A stretch of DNA of 64,000 nucleotides, from positions 496,001 to 560,000 of the forward strand of contig MCFH01000013.1 of the NCBI GenBank assembly GCA_002104945.1, in the 5' to 3' direction. This DNA is from Piromyces finnis finn (lineage: Eukaryota; Fungi; Neocallimastigomycota). The notes under the pieces were generated by a model that was not told the DNA's origin, ran no database searches, and worked only from the letters and a program-made list of their open reading frames with translations. Positions within the stretch are counted from its first letter, which is position 1. The number at the start of each line of letters is the position of its first letter. Shown in pieces: positions 34,580 to 51,800 of this stretch. The position numbers were made by a program, and so were the translations under genes.

Positions 34580-37500
34580 ATGATAAAATATCAAATGAAT
34601 GATAATAAAAATAATGGTAATAATAAAAGTATGAATAAAGATCAGAATGGAAAAGTAACTAATGATAATTTAAATAGTATTGATGAAATGAATAAAAGTA
34701 ATATTCAGAATGATGTTGATGATACTGAAAATATAGATTTTGTTAATACAGAAGATGAAGATTTAATTAAAAATGATGAAAATCAATTTGATATTATAAA
34801 TTCTGATGATGTATTGAATAGTTTAAAGGTAATTTATTTGATATTGCAATTTTTATTCGATCTAATTTAATTAACAATATATTTTTATATAAATGAATAA
34901 TTGTAGAAGCTAAATTCATGGAATGATTTAATGAACAGCGTAAAAAATAATGAAAGAGATATTGATCATTTATTAGATATTTCATCACCTGAAGATGACA
35001 TTAGTAGATAATATTCTTTTTTATAAAAAATAAATATTACTCATTCATTAAAAAATCTTGTCTGGAGTACAAATTAATATTATTATATATTGAATATTAT
35101 TATATTTATAGGTGAGCCATATGATAACAAGTCTAGAAATTTTGATGAAGTAAGCTTAAAAAGTGTTGCTATTATTACTGAGAATTATGATACATATTCA
35201 CCAGAAATTAATAATTTTGAGAGCGATAAAGAAGTTATGGATAATGATAGTGAATATGAAAATGACTATAAGTCGAAAATTATGTAATTAATTATTTTTA
35301 AATAAATATCGATAAATAAATATAGAAATTTATTATTAACATTATATTATAAATTATTTTGTATAAAAGAAAAATTGAGGAATGTTTTAGTCAAGAAGAA
35401 GAACTACTAAAAGCCTTAGAAAAAGAAAATAACGAGTTAAATGGTATTAACGATGAGAATATTATTGAAAAAGTAGATGGATTTATAAATTCAAATAAGT
35501 ATATTGAAAATAATATAAGAAAGTATAATTTTATAAACAATGATATCGAAGAGTATGTAAAAAAAACCCAAAAGAATTGGAATAAAGAAGAACAAAGTGA
35601 CGTGATTAGTGAAAACCATTTAGAAAATGATAATATTGTTTTACAATACAAGGAAGAAAAACAACGCAATAATAGTCATATCATTATTGAAGACAAAAAG
35701 AAAAATAAGAAAAATTTTGAGAATTATTTAAAAGATAATAATGATGTTTTAAGAAATCTATCTGATAATTCACTTAATATTTTAAATAATGTAGATTATG
35801 ATAAGGATAATGATGATATTGTAAATGAGACTATAATACAAGATAAGAAGAATTTAAGTAAAAGTGATATTAAGTTTAGTAAAGAAAATAGCAATACTTT
35901 GTATAGAGAAAATACTAATAAATTAACTATAGAAAATGAAAATTCAAAAAATAATAGTTTTGATTATAGTCATAATGAGGATAGTATAATAAATAAAAAG
36001 AAGAATACATATGATAAATCCTTATATAACAGTTTTGATGATAGTAATGATAATATTAACATTAACATATTTGATAACAGTAAAGAAGGAATATCAGAGT
36101 ATACTGATAATTATTCAAATTCTATAGTAATAAAGAAAGAAATAAATAATGATTATCAAGATAGAAGAAAAGACAATAATCCTAATGAGAAATATATTCA
36201 ATGTGAAGTAAATAAATTAATTATTAATAATGATAATAATAATGAAAGTAATAACAATAATTTTGATAATGAAGGAGAATGTAATATAGCAAAAGAAGAT
36301 GAAACTATTGTAGACGATACTAAAACAGATATTTTAAAGGAAAACATAGATTATAATATGTTTATTGATAATATAGAAAAAAATAAAAATAATGATGAGA
36401 ATAAGGAAATTTTAAAGAATATTATTAATATGAGAAATAATAGTTCAAGTAGATGCAATGATATAATTAATGATATAAATAATGATGATGAAGATAATGA
36501 GAAAGGAGAAGAAGATGGAGAATTAGAAATAATTGAAGTTGGATCAATATTTAATATAAATAATAAAGATGATGGAAAAAACAATGATGATGACAAGATA
36601 TATTTAATTCATAACAATATTATTAATAAAAAAAATATAAAAAACAAAAAAATTAAAGAACAAAAACTATTTTTAGAAAATCAATACATAATTCTAAAAA
36701 TTCTAGAAAGTCAATATAAAAGAAAATTATCAATGAATAATTTGAATAATACTGAATTCCTAAGTAATATAAAATATATAAACTTATCTAATGCTGACTT
36801 ACCAGAAGTAATAATAATATAATAATACAATATTACCTATAAAAAATACTAATAATCATGATTAATATTTTTAAGATTATATCTATTGAATCTTATATAC
36901 CTAATATCGAAGGAATAAATATATCAAATAACAATATAACTTCAATTAAATTTATTGAAAATATAAAGAATTTGGAATATCTTAAAATAGATGTATGTAA
37001 TACTATTTAAATTATTATTTAAATATAATTAGTACTAATTATATAAATGTATCATAATGTAAAAAAGGATAATTTAGTTGACAAATTGAAATTTGGTAAA
37101 AAATTAAATATTAAATATCTGTCATGTTCAACAAACAATATCAATAATATATCTGTAAATAACAATTAATATTAAATTATAGCATAGAAAATTTTGTATA
37201 CAATATTAATTTTTTTATTAAAAAAAAAAAAAAAAGGATATTAAATATTTTCAAAATCTACGATTTTTAAATATGAGTAATAACCCAATTAAGAATATCA
37301 AAGCCATCAATAATATAGAAAATATCAATTTTTTATTATTAAATAGAATACAGGTATAAGAATAATTTATATAAAAAATATATAATGCTATTATTATAAT
37401 TAAAATAATATATTTAAAAAATAGACAAAGAATTTTAAGAATCTCAAGAAGATGAATAATTTAATTTATATTGAACTTCAATATAATAGTTTAAAATCGG

Positions 37501-40202
37501 ATTCTATTCAATATGTTTTTTCAAGTCCAGAATTGTGTTATATTAATCTATCATATAATAATATTCAAGAAATTCCAGAAAATATACAACATATGTCATT
37601 AATTAAATTTGCAATTACAGAAAATAAAATCAAGTATGTTGCTATACAAATGTTAATTTAATATATTATAATTTTACTATATTACTATTATTAAATATTG
37701 TATTTTAATAGAAAAATTAATTTAGCATCATGGTTACCATTACTTACAATACTAAACATAAAAAAAAATATGATTGAAACAATTGAATGTATATCAGCAT
37801 GTCCTTTTTTAAAAGTTATTAATATATCAAATAATAATATATATGGTAATATAAATGAATTTTTATAAATAGTACCATTTTATCTTACATTAAGCTAATA
37901 ATTAAATAAATATTATAATAGATTTTGAGTCATTATTTAATTTATCTTTATGTTCAGATTCATTACTTAATTTGAATTTAATGCAAAATCCTATTGTTAA
38001 AAATGAAGATTTTAATTTATATATTAAAATTTTATTTCCAAATTTAAAGGTATATTATATATTAGTTTTTATTACTATATATGAAAAGCATAATTTAATT
38101 TGATACTTCAATTAAATATTATAGATTTTAAATAAAAAAAAAATTAATGAAAACGAGTATTATAAAAATATTTCGATGAAAAATAAATTGAGAGTTTTAA
38201 AAGAATGCAATGAATACTTTAAATTAACTAAGCTCAGTGATTTTAATCTGTAAAATTATATCATATTTATTATCAAGCAATAATTTTTTTCATTTCTTTT
38301 AATTAATAAATTGATATTACTTCTATATAGGGAATTGTATGATGATACACAAGCTTATATATCATTATTATCATTAATTTCAAAATCTCAAAAAGTAAAA
38401 ATTTTATTAACTTATATTTAATGTACTAATATTATTATATAATTAATATATTAAAACTCTTATTTTATTTAAGATATTAAATAAATACCTAGATCCTGAG
38501 TTAATATTATTGAATTATGGCTTTTATAAATGTATTAAAAAAACATTAATAGAAAAGAGTAGTGATTCAATTTATAATTTAGATAAAGAAATTAATGAAT
38601 TAAAAATAATAAATAATGGTTCATTGGATAATATGATTTCAGCATTTAAAAATGTCAGTAAAAATATTAGAGAAACTATTTCTTTATTTCGAACAGACAA
38701 CACCCAGTAATACATTATTATAAAATTTTATATTTTTTTTTAATTTTTACTAATTACAATTATATTTTTTAATTTATTTAGTATATTTTACTATCTAAAA
38801 TATAAAAATAATGAAAACATAATAAAAAATATTTCAGCATTCTTAATTCAAAAAACATGGAATATATATAAATACAAACAATATTACAAAAATTGTCGTC
38901 AAAGTAATAAAAATAATAAAATATACATTAAAGCAAACATAATTTAAAGTTTAATATTAATTAATAATATTAGGTATAATATTTGTACAACGAAGAATTG
39001 TAAACAAGAATTTCTTAAGAGTTATTCGATTAAGAATTTTAAATAAAAATGTATGTGCCCGTAAAATTCAAAAAAAATGGAGAGGTAATAATATATATTA
39101 TATATTATATATAATATATTATTATATATAATATATTAATGGATTACTAATTATTACATTTAAATGATTTTATAATAGAATATTATAAAAAGAAGAGTAT
39201 AGCTGCATGCACTATTCAAAAAAATTGGAAATGTAAATATATAAAAATAGATATATCTAATAATAATGTATTGGATTATTGTAATATTAAAATTACTTTA
39301 TAATAATAGGCCATAAAGAAAGAGAAGAGTACTTGATGAAAAAAAGAAACGCAATAATAATTCAAAGAAATTACAGAAGTAATAATTGTTTAATATGTAA
39401 TATAAATATATAATATTAAGTAGTATATATTAACTTTTATAAAAATATAAAAAAGCATATTCTGAAAATAAAAAGAAAAAAGAAGAAATGAAACAAAAAT
39501 TAATAAATTCTACTATGATAATACAGAAGTATTGGAGAAGTAATTACATAAAATAATAATTAATAATTATAATAATTATAAATATTACTTATAAATATTC
39601 ACATTTCTCTTTTAATTTTTAGAATATATCATATTAAAAAAATTAAAGTTGCTTACTAATCAAATACATGCGTATGCTATAATTAGTAAATCCTGGAGAG
39701 GTATAACAATAATAATCAAATAATAATCAAATAATAATCAAATAATAATCAAATAATAATCAAATAATAATCAAATAATAATCAAATAATATTCAAATAA
39801 TATTTAAATAATAATAATAGATTACCAAAAAAGGAAACATTATCAAAAACTTAATAAATCAGCATCACAAATTCAAAAATTATGGAAAGGTATAATATAA
39901 ATAGTAATACTATTGAATTCTTGTAATTATGATTATATTATTAATTATTAAAATTTTATTATTAATTTTTAAAGAATATCAAAATAAGAAAAAAATAGAT
40001 TATGCTCAGAAAATTATAGCTGCTGAAAAAATCCAAAAAGCATGGAAAAGTATATAGAATTAAATTGAATTATTGTATAATTGCATATTTTAAATTATAA
40101 AAATATTATAAATATTATTATAGATTATATTAAAAATAAAAACTATAGTAATGACAATAATAAAAAGAAAATAAATAATGCTCTGATTAATAATAAAGGT
40201 AA

Positions 40203-40243
<41 letters not shown>

Positions 40244-42033
40244 TCTATAATTAAAAATACTAAATATTGTTCTAGATGAAATATTCCCATATAATGAAAA
40301 AGCTCTTACGTTACCTGCAATTGAAATAAATAAATTTCAAACAATTTATAATGTGTTTGATGATGTTTTAAATAACAAAGATGAAGGTACTATTCTTTTT
40401 TATAAAATATTATAAAAATAACTAATAGTATATAAAATTTTGTAATAAGTAATTATTATTTATGATACAAGATTTAGAAGTCGACAATTGGCTTCATGAC
40501 GGAATTAATTATAATTATGATGATAAAATGAATACATATCTAAATCAAAGTGAAATGACAATTGAATTGGATATTAATAACAATGTTCCTTTAAATATTG
40601 AAATTACTCAAACAGTAAGGGTCACATTAAATAAATATATATATAAAGTATTTTTGTTGTATTTTAATATAATTCTTTAATAAATTTTTCCTTATTTCTT
40701 TTATTTAAAATAGAAAACATTTAAATCAAAAAAACATATATCTAAAAAAAAGAAAAAAAATAGAGAAATTAATATTAAAATAAAAGAGGAAAATAAGAAA
40801 AAAAAGAAAAATAATGAAATTCAAAAAAATAAAGAAAATAAAAATACTTTATCAAATAATAATAAAAATAATAATAATAATGATTATGTTGATGATAATG
40901 ATAAAAATAATAATAATAATAATACTGAGAACTTTGAAACGTAATTATTAAATCTTTAAAAATAGTATAAAGTAGTAATGATTGTAAATATGATTTCCTA
41001 AAAAGAATGATATTTTCAACAATTAAAATAGGAGTAACATAACAGATTTAGAAAAAGAAAAAGAACAGATAAACTCTAAACTACCAATAAATAGCTGTGG
41101 TATGATATTTATTAATATTAAATTTTACAAAAATAATACATATAATATTAATATATCTAATAATATAAAAAGCGGATAATAGAGAACAATTCCTAAATAA
41201 TAGTTCACTTATACATAATACCCAAGTTTATTATAACAATTTAATTGATTCAAAAATGAATACCAACACCTCAGAAAGTATAAATTTGAAAGAACAAAAT
41301 AATAATAATAATATATATAAACCTTCAATTTCCTCTTCATCATCGGAAACAATTTCATATAAATGGAAAGAAGATAATAGCTCATATGTAAATTAATAGA
41401 ATAATTAATTAAAAAGTATTATACTAAGTGTCAAATATACTAATAATATATGTGTTTAACTGTAAAATAGAACTTGTCTTCTCAATCGCTAACTACAGAT
41501 AAATATAATAAAACTACATTACCAAATGTTGGGAAAAAAAATAATTTTCTCTTAGGAAATGAATATAATATGCGTTCAGGAATTCAAGAAAAACGATATA
41601 TATCAAATGTAATGGAATATAAATATACTTATAAATAATATAAATATTAATAATTCTAATACTAATATATTATACTAAATAGAATTCAAAAAAAAAACCG
41701 ATATTGTTAATAAATAGAGATTTAGCCTCACACATTATAAATGAAAATAATCTATTATTAAAAAAAATTAAGACACTTCATAATTATTCATATAATGCGT
41801 GTTATAATACTAATCAAAGTCAATTACTTAATACTCAAAATAATAATTGTAGTATATCGATTAGCTCAATAAATTTAAATAGAAATGGCAGTTCTAGTAT
41901 ATCAAGAAATATTACTTATAATATAAATAAATATAATGGTGGAAGTATATATAATAATGGATCTTCAACATCATCAACTGATATAATATTTCCACCAATT
42001 CAAACAAAAAGCAAAAAAAAGAGCTATCGTTAA
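34580..42033 (+). CDS. Leucine-rich-repeat and IQ-motif protein (LRRIQ1-like), many exons
   Basis: An acidic/Asn-rich N-half is followed by LRR exons (INLSNADL, INISNNNI, LNMSNNPI, LELQYNSL, INLSYNNI) and an LRRcap (LNLMQNPIVKNEDFNLYIKILFPNLK). About 8 IQ-like motifs follow (AFLIQKTW, ARKIQKKWR, ACTIQKNWK, AIIIQRNYR, MIIQKYWR, ASQIQKLWK, AEKIQKAWK). Confidence 0.8.
39711..39810 (+). repeat. 11-bp minisatellite (AATAATCAAAT)x7 plus 2 degenerate copies filling intron 39701-39820
   Basis: Directly visible between donor GAG|gtataac (39701) and acceptor aatag| (39820). Confidence 0.9.
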
Positions 42034-42530
42034 ATCAAATCAACTTTACAACAAATTATACACTTTATATAAATATAAAAAATACTATTTATGTTATATA
42101 TATAATATTTTTTAATTATACCCATAATAAAGCGTTCCTTTTTTATTAATCATAATGTTTACCATATTTTCTTATTTTTGTGTTTATTGTCATTAATATT
42201 ATTATTTTTTTTTGTTATTATTGAGTATTGTATAATTTATTCTTATAATAATATTCCTATAAAATAAAATTATATAAAGAAAAAAAAAAGTTAAAAGATA
42301 TAATTAATAAAATTAAAGTTATTAAAATTAGCATAACCAATAAAAATCAAAATTAGATAAATTTCAAGCTTATTTTTCTTTACAAACAATTAAATCATAA
42401 ATATATAAAATATCTGTAAATTTGAAAAGATCGAGGAATATATAATTTTTTATTTTTACTGAAATTATATAATTAAAGCAGTTTTCATAAATTATATTTT
42501 TAAAAAGTATAAAAAAAAAAAAAAAAAAAA

Positions 42531-45030
<2,500 letters not shown>

Positions 45031-45209
45031 TATATGATTAAATTATTCATCCATAAAAGTTTTACTAAGAAAATTATTTTTAAAATTCAAAATATTTTTT
45101 AATAAACAAAAATATATTCTAAAAAATATAACATTATATAAAGATCTAATATAGTTTATATGTATATATTTTATATATTTATATATTTATATATTTATTT
45201 ATATATTTA

Positions 45210-45330
<121 letters not shown>

Positions 45331-45723
45331 TACAAAATATACAAACATTAAATATTTAGTATTATATATTTATATATTTAAATTTTAATTTTAATTTGCA
45401 TAAATCAGTTGCAAAATCTATTCTATAAAATAATTATATTTTTAATTTTTTCTTTTTTTTATTTCCTTTACAATCTTTTTTAAAAAAAAAAAAATAAAAT
45501 AAAATAAAAGAAATTTATTATTATTAATTATGGTATAATATTTCTTTTCCAGAATTCATAATTATTTTCTATGAAATGAAAAAGGAATAGAAAAAAAAAA
45601 AAAAAAAAAAAGATACTATGTAAATATTGAATTGCAATGATTTATAAAATAGTATTATAAATATTATATTAGTGATGATAATCATAACAAAAATAATGAA
45701 TTATTAAATTTAAAAATTGATAT

Positions 45724-45775
<52 letters not shown>

Positions 45776-45847
45776 GAAAATTAAATTAAATAGGATTTTT
45801 TCATAAAATTAATCCTTTTTAACTCTTAAATGAAGGTACTGGAACGA

Positions 45848-48800
45848 TTACATTGCAGCAAGCTTGGTACTTAATTCTATGTTTTGTTGTAATAACATAT
45901 TCATTTGTTCTTCATAATCTTGCTTACAATTATCTAATTCTTCAGCTGTATCACTAAGCTTTTTACGAGTATTAATTAACTCTGTTTCAGCCTTTTCTAA
46001 TTGTTCTTTAATAGCTCTGTATTGTTTATCAGCTTCTTCTTGTTGCAACATATAACCTTCAGTTAACTTCTTAACACATTCCTCTGATTCCTCATTATCT
46101 TCCATCATTTGTTGTACGAGGTTTTCATTTACTTCTTCTAAAGCCTTTAATTGTGAAGTAAATTCTTCTGCTTCTTGCTTAACTCTTTTTCTTAAGCCTT
46201 CATTTTTATCTTCTAATGTCTTAACCTTTTCTCGTAATTCTTCTAACTCTCCTAATTGATCATTAATAATTGTCTTTAAGTTTTCAATCATCTCAGAAGA
46301 TTCAAGATGTTGATTCTCAACAGAATCCAACTTTTGAATAATTTCATCATTGTCATGATACTTGTATTCTTTTAAAATATCAGCAAAGGCAGCCTTTTCC
46401 TTATCGGATAACTTTATTATTTCTGAATAAATAGATTGTACTAAGTTATCAGTATCGTACTGAATTAATTGAAGCTTACTAGATAAAGAGCTAATTTGCT
46501 TCTTAAATTCTGTCTCGTTAGTTAATTTTTCTTTTCTTAAATTTGAAATTTCATCACGAAGTTTTTCAACTGTACCATTCAAGTTATTAGTCTTCAACTT
46601 TTCATCGTCTAATTGATCCTTCAATAATGAATTTGACGACTTAAGAACACTTTCTCTGTTAGTTTGTTCCATTAAATTCATAGTTAAACGAGCATATGTA
46701 GAATTTCTTGTGTTACGCTTTAATCTTGCAGTAGAAAGACGACCTTCATATTCATTTGTCTTCTTAGAAGCAACTGCAAGCATAACTTCCAATTCTGCAA
46801 CCTTCTTTTCTAAATCTAATTTTTGTTGAACAACTTCAGAAACATCAACACCAGCATTATTCTTACCAACAATGTTAGTAAATTCATCACGTTTCTTAGT
46901 TAATTCATCAATTTCACTCTCCATTGATTGAATACGTTTACCACGACTTTCAGCAGTTTCAATCCATTCATTCATTTGAATATTTAAATTTTCGATTTCA
47001 TCATTTAATGCATTAACCTTATCTGTTAAAGCTTCTTTTTCTTCATTAATATTTCTAATATTTTCTTCCATCTTTTTGAAAGTTTCATTCATTTCTTCAT
47101 TATTCTTTTGGGCATATTGATAATTCTTTTCAAGTTGTTCATTTTGTTTTGCCTTGTCTTCACTATCTTCAATAGCTCTTTTCAATTGATCTTGAATTTC
47201 TTCATTTCTAATCATTAAAGAATTAATTTCTTCAGTCAAATCTGATATTCTTTCACTTAACTGTTGATTATCATCCTTCATACCTTCGGTATTTTCTTTA
47301 AGGCTATTAAGTGTTTTCTTTGAAATATCAAGTTCATTTTCTAAACTTTGAATAATATCCTTGGATTGATCTAATTCATCTTCAAGATCACGAAGGTTCT
47401 TCTTGTTATTGATAATTTCATCTTCACGTTGTTTAAGGAGATCTTTAGTTTGATCCAATTCATCTTGTAAAGTGTTACTAGCATCTCTTAATTGAGAATT
47501 ACTACGAGTTAATTCTTGTGAGAGTGAAGAATTCTTTTTATTCAATTCATCAATAGTAATTTCAAAGGTCTTAGCATCACTTTCTAATTTATTATTAGCT
47601 TTATCTAATAAGTCTCTAAGATTTTCACATTCTTCTTTTAATTCCATTAATTCATTATTAGTCTCAATAAAGCGTTCATGAAGAATGGTTGGATCGTCTT
47701 CTGGGTTAGTTTGAACATCAATGGAACACTTTGGAACATTAATCGTCTTATTCAATTCTTCAATAGTTTCCTTGAGTTGAGCAACCTTAGCATTAAGATT
47801 TTGATTCATTTCATAAGATTCATCTAAATCTTTATTAAGACGTTCTATAATATCATTGTTTTCATCAGCAGAGGCAGATTGTTTAAGATTAAGATCATTA
47901 ATTTGTTGATTAAGTTCACTATTCATATCCTCAAGTTCCTTTAGAGAATTAGAAGCTTCTTCGTATTTACTCTTAGTTTCTTCTAATAACTTTTCGGTTT
48001 CTTCAATCTTCTTTTGATCTTCTTCTTGAGAATATTTGTATTTTTGAATTGATTGTTGTAACTCAAGTATATTTTGTTTATGTTCAGAAGTAGTTTCAGT
48101 TAACTTCATTGTTAAACTGCTTACTTCATCAGATAATTCACGATTATGCATTTGAACATCTAATAATTTTTGTTCTAATTCACTCATATGAGCATTATTA
48201 TTTTGACTAGAAAGTCTTCTATTTTCAATATTAGTATTAAGATTCATAACTTCTTCCTTCAAATTACCACAAATCTTAACTTGATCTTGATATTGTTGTT
48301 CCTTCTTATCATTTTCTAATTGTAACATTTCAATATCATTCTTAAGTTGATTAATAGTAGCAATTTGTTCTTTATTTTCATCTTCAGTAGCTTCAAGTTT
48401 AGCGTTCAAATCATTAATATCTTTTTGGTATTGAGATATTTGATTGGAATAATTGCTTATTTCCTTAGATTGCTTATCATTTAACATTTGCTCAGATTGT
48501 TTAGTTTTTAAAAGATCTTCCTTAAGATTCTTCAAATTTTCTTGTAATTCAGCAATATCTTCTTCCTTCTTTCTACACTTTTCAATGTAACCGTCCAATT
48601 CGGCATCCTTTTCATTAATAATACTTTTATAATTACTTAAAGATGATTCAAGATCATGGCATTCCACCTCTTTTTCTCTAATCTTAGCATATAAATTATT
48701 CATAGATTTTTCATGATCTTCCTTAGATTCACGATCTCTATTCATGAATCTATTATTCAATTCTTCAATTTCGTTTTCACTTTCTTCTAATTTCTTTAAT

Positions 48801-51800
48801 AATTTTTCCTTACTATCAGTTATATCTTGAAGATCACTTTCCAATTTTGAAATCTTAATTTTATATTCCATTGAATCCTCTTCATATCTATCTATTTTTT
48901 CTTTGTATGAATCAATATCCTTGGCATAATTATTAGCCATTTCTTCTGTAAATCTATTCTTTTCTTCTAAGGCTCTATTATCACTTCTTAGATTTTCAAT
49001 TTCTTCTGACATTTGAAGATCTCTTGTACTTGAGGAAATATTACTTTCTTTTAATTTTTGTTCTAAAGATTCTATCATATCCTTATCTTTTCTGGATTCC
49101 TGAATAACTCTATCTTTTTCTTCTTCTGCTTCAGTTAATTTTTTGAAAAGATCATTAATTTCTTGGAGATAATCTTCGGAAGCCTTTTCTTCAGCCCTCT
49201 TTAATTGTTCCTTCAAATCTTTATTAGATTGTTGAAGATTTTCAACTTCTTCTTGTAAATCACTTGTATTACTAAGTGCAATCTCTCTTTCAAATTCATT
49301 AATACGTTCCTTTAACTTTTCGTTATCTTCCTTTAATTTTGTAATTTCTTCATCTCTAGATGAAGCATCTGCAATATTAGTGTTACTATTACCAGCAGAT
49401 CTAGAAAGAACTTCATTTTCCTTCTCTAATTTCTTGATAGTCTCATCCTTATCAGTAATAATTAATTCCTTTAACATGGCCTTAGCCAATTCAATTTCCT
49501 TAATTTCTAATTTTTCTTCATAATTATCAATTTGTTTACGAAGTTCAATAACTTCATCTTGTTGTTGTTCATATTTATTCTTTAAATCGTTATAATCATC
49601 GTTACTACTAGCATTTTCAGCAATTAACTTGTTCTTTTCTTTGATTTCCTCAAGTAAAGCATCGTATTTTTCCTTTAATGCCTTAAACTCAGCCTCATTT
49701 TCATGCATAGTATTTTGAGTTTTATCAATAAGTTTATTAATTGGATTAAGAAGATCCTTTTCAATTTCTGATGGTGACTTCATTAATTGTTCGTATTCAA
49801 AGTTTTTATCTATAGTACTGAAACGATTTAATGTTTTTCTTAAATTACTCTTATAATCCTGTAGTTCATCTTCTTTTTCTTTAAGTTGCTTCTTTACCTC
49901 TTCCAATTCGCTTCTAATTTGTTCTACTTTTTCTTCTGAATCTGCTTTTTCTCTTTCTAAATTCTTTGCAATTTCAGAAGCAACATCATTAGATTTTGCA
50001 ACACGTTCTTTAAACTTTTTATAATTTTCTTGAAGTGCATTATAGTCTTTTTCAATTGAATTTTTTTCATGTCTTGCTTGTTCAATTTCATTTGCCTGGT
50101 TAAGTTCAGACATTTTTAACAAACTATTTTCATCACGAACTTTTCTAATTTCATTTTTCATATCATCCAACTTTTTCATTAAATCTTCAGTCTTTTGTTT
50201 TTCCTCCATATTATTATTTTTCATGTACTTATCAAGTTGTTGCTGTATCTCATCCTTTTCATCCATAAGAATTTGAATTTCATTAGTTAATGTAGTTTCA
50301 ATATCTTGTAAATAATTAACATTATCATTTGCCTTTTCTAATTTGACATTCAAATCAATAATCTTATCTTGCAAATTTTCATTTTGTTCCTTTAAATCCT
50401 TTTCTCTTTCTGATGCATTAGTATTTGGATCAAGAAGTGATAAATAATCGTCACCATCTTTATCATCTTTACTCTTTAATTGTCTTTGTAAAAGTTTAAT
50501 TTGTTGAGCGTATTTCTTTAATTTATGACGATATTTTTCCTTAGTTTCTTCATATGCTTTACGTTCTTTCTCTAACGTTTTTTCTAATTGCTCAACTTTA
50601 CGATTTGCTTTTTTATCAGCAAGTGCCATGAATTTTTCTCTGTCTTGAACAGTTTTATTTGAACGACTATTACCACGAGGAGGTATCAAATTATTAATAG
50701 AACTAGTTGGTGTAGTTTCTTTACTAGATTTTTCTTTTTTTATAACAGTACTTTCATCTTTACTAACAAATTCACTTTTTTCAATATCTATAGGAATCTC
50801 ATTAGAAAGTGGACTGGTTTCTTTATCATTTATAATTGATAGTGTATTTCTTAATGATGACTTTACCGGAGTAGTATTACCACTCTTATCCATAAATTTA
50901 TCAAGAGGGTCCATACTAAATGAAAATTCAGATTTGAAATTTAAATCTAGGTTTGAAATATTATCACCATCAAGGCCTATATCAATTTGTTTACCCCCAA
51001 ATATAACACTAGAAGTTTTTGGACTACCAATTGTAATATCACGGAAATCTGGGGAAACATCATCAATATTTGAACCCATTTTAAATTTACTCATATCATT
51101 TGTAGAATTTTGGTCTTCCTTAAATTGAGTAGTATCAACAGCTACATTTGTTCGAGAATGAGAACGTGAATGACTACTAGAGGTTTCTAACTCACTTTTA
51201 TCACGACGATGACTTCTTGAAAGAGAATTCATTTGACTAGATTCATCATTTGGATGTGGGGAGCTTCCATGACGATGTGGACGAGGTAAAGAAAGTGAAG
51301 TTGGTGATATATTACGGAGACTTCTTCCAGCTCTTGAAGTATCACCTGATGTTGAATTACCACTACGGCTTGGTCTTGGCAATGATTTATAACTATGTGA
51401 GTGAGAATGATGAGATGATGGTGAAGTAGATCTTTTTTCGTCTGGTCTTCTTGGACGAGAACTAGAACGATGACGTGATGAAGATCTAGGTCTTGAACTT
51501 GAACGATGTCGAGTTGGTGAACTTCTTCTCCCTCTTTCACTTGCAAGTTTAGACATAGATTCAGGTACAGGAGGTGTATCATCCTTACCTTCTTTCTTAT
51601 CTTTAATATATTCAAATTTAAATTAACAAGAATATATAATAATATATTAATTATATTGCAATATTTAAAAGAATATCTTTAAAACTATGTATTACAGCAT
51701 AAAATACCTTTATCAAATAATGATCCATAATTATGATCTAACTTTAAATCTTTATTTAAAAGATCAGCTAATTTTTCCTGTGGGCTTTGAATACTTTTAG

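Noticed and set aside
39711-39810. Regular short repeats resembling a CRISPR-like array
   Set aside because: The repeats are contiguous with no unique spacers, the context is a eukaryotic intron, and no cas genes are present.
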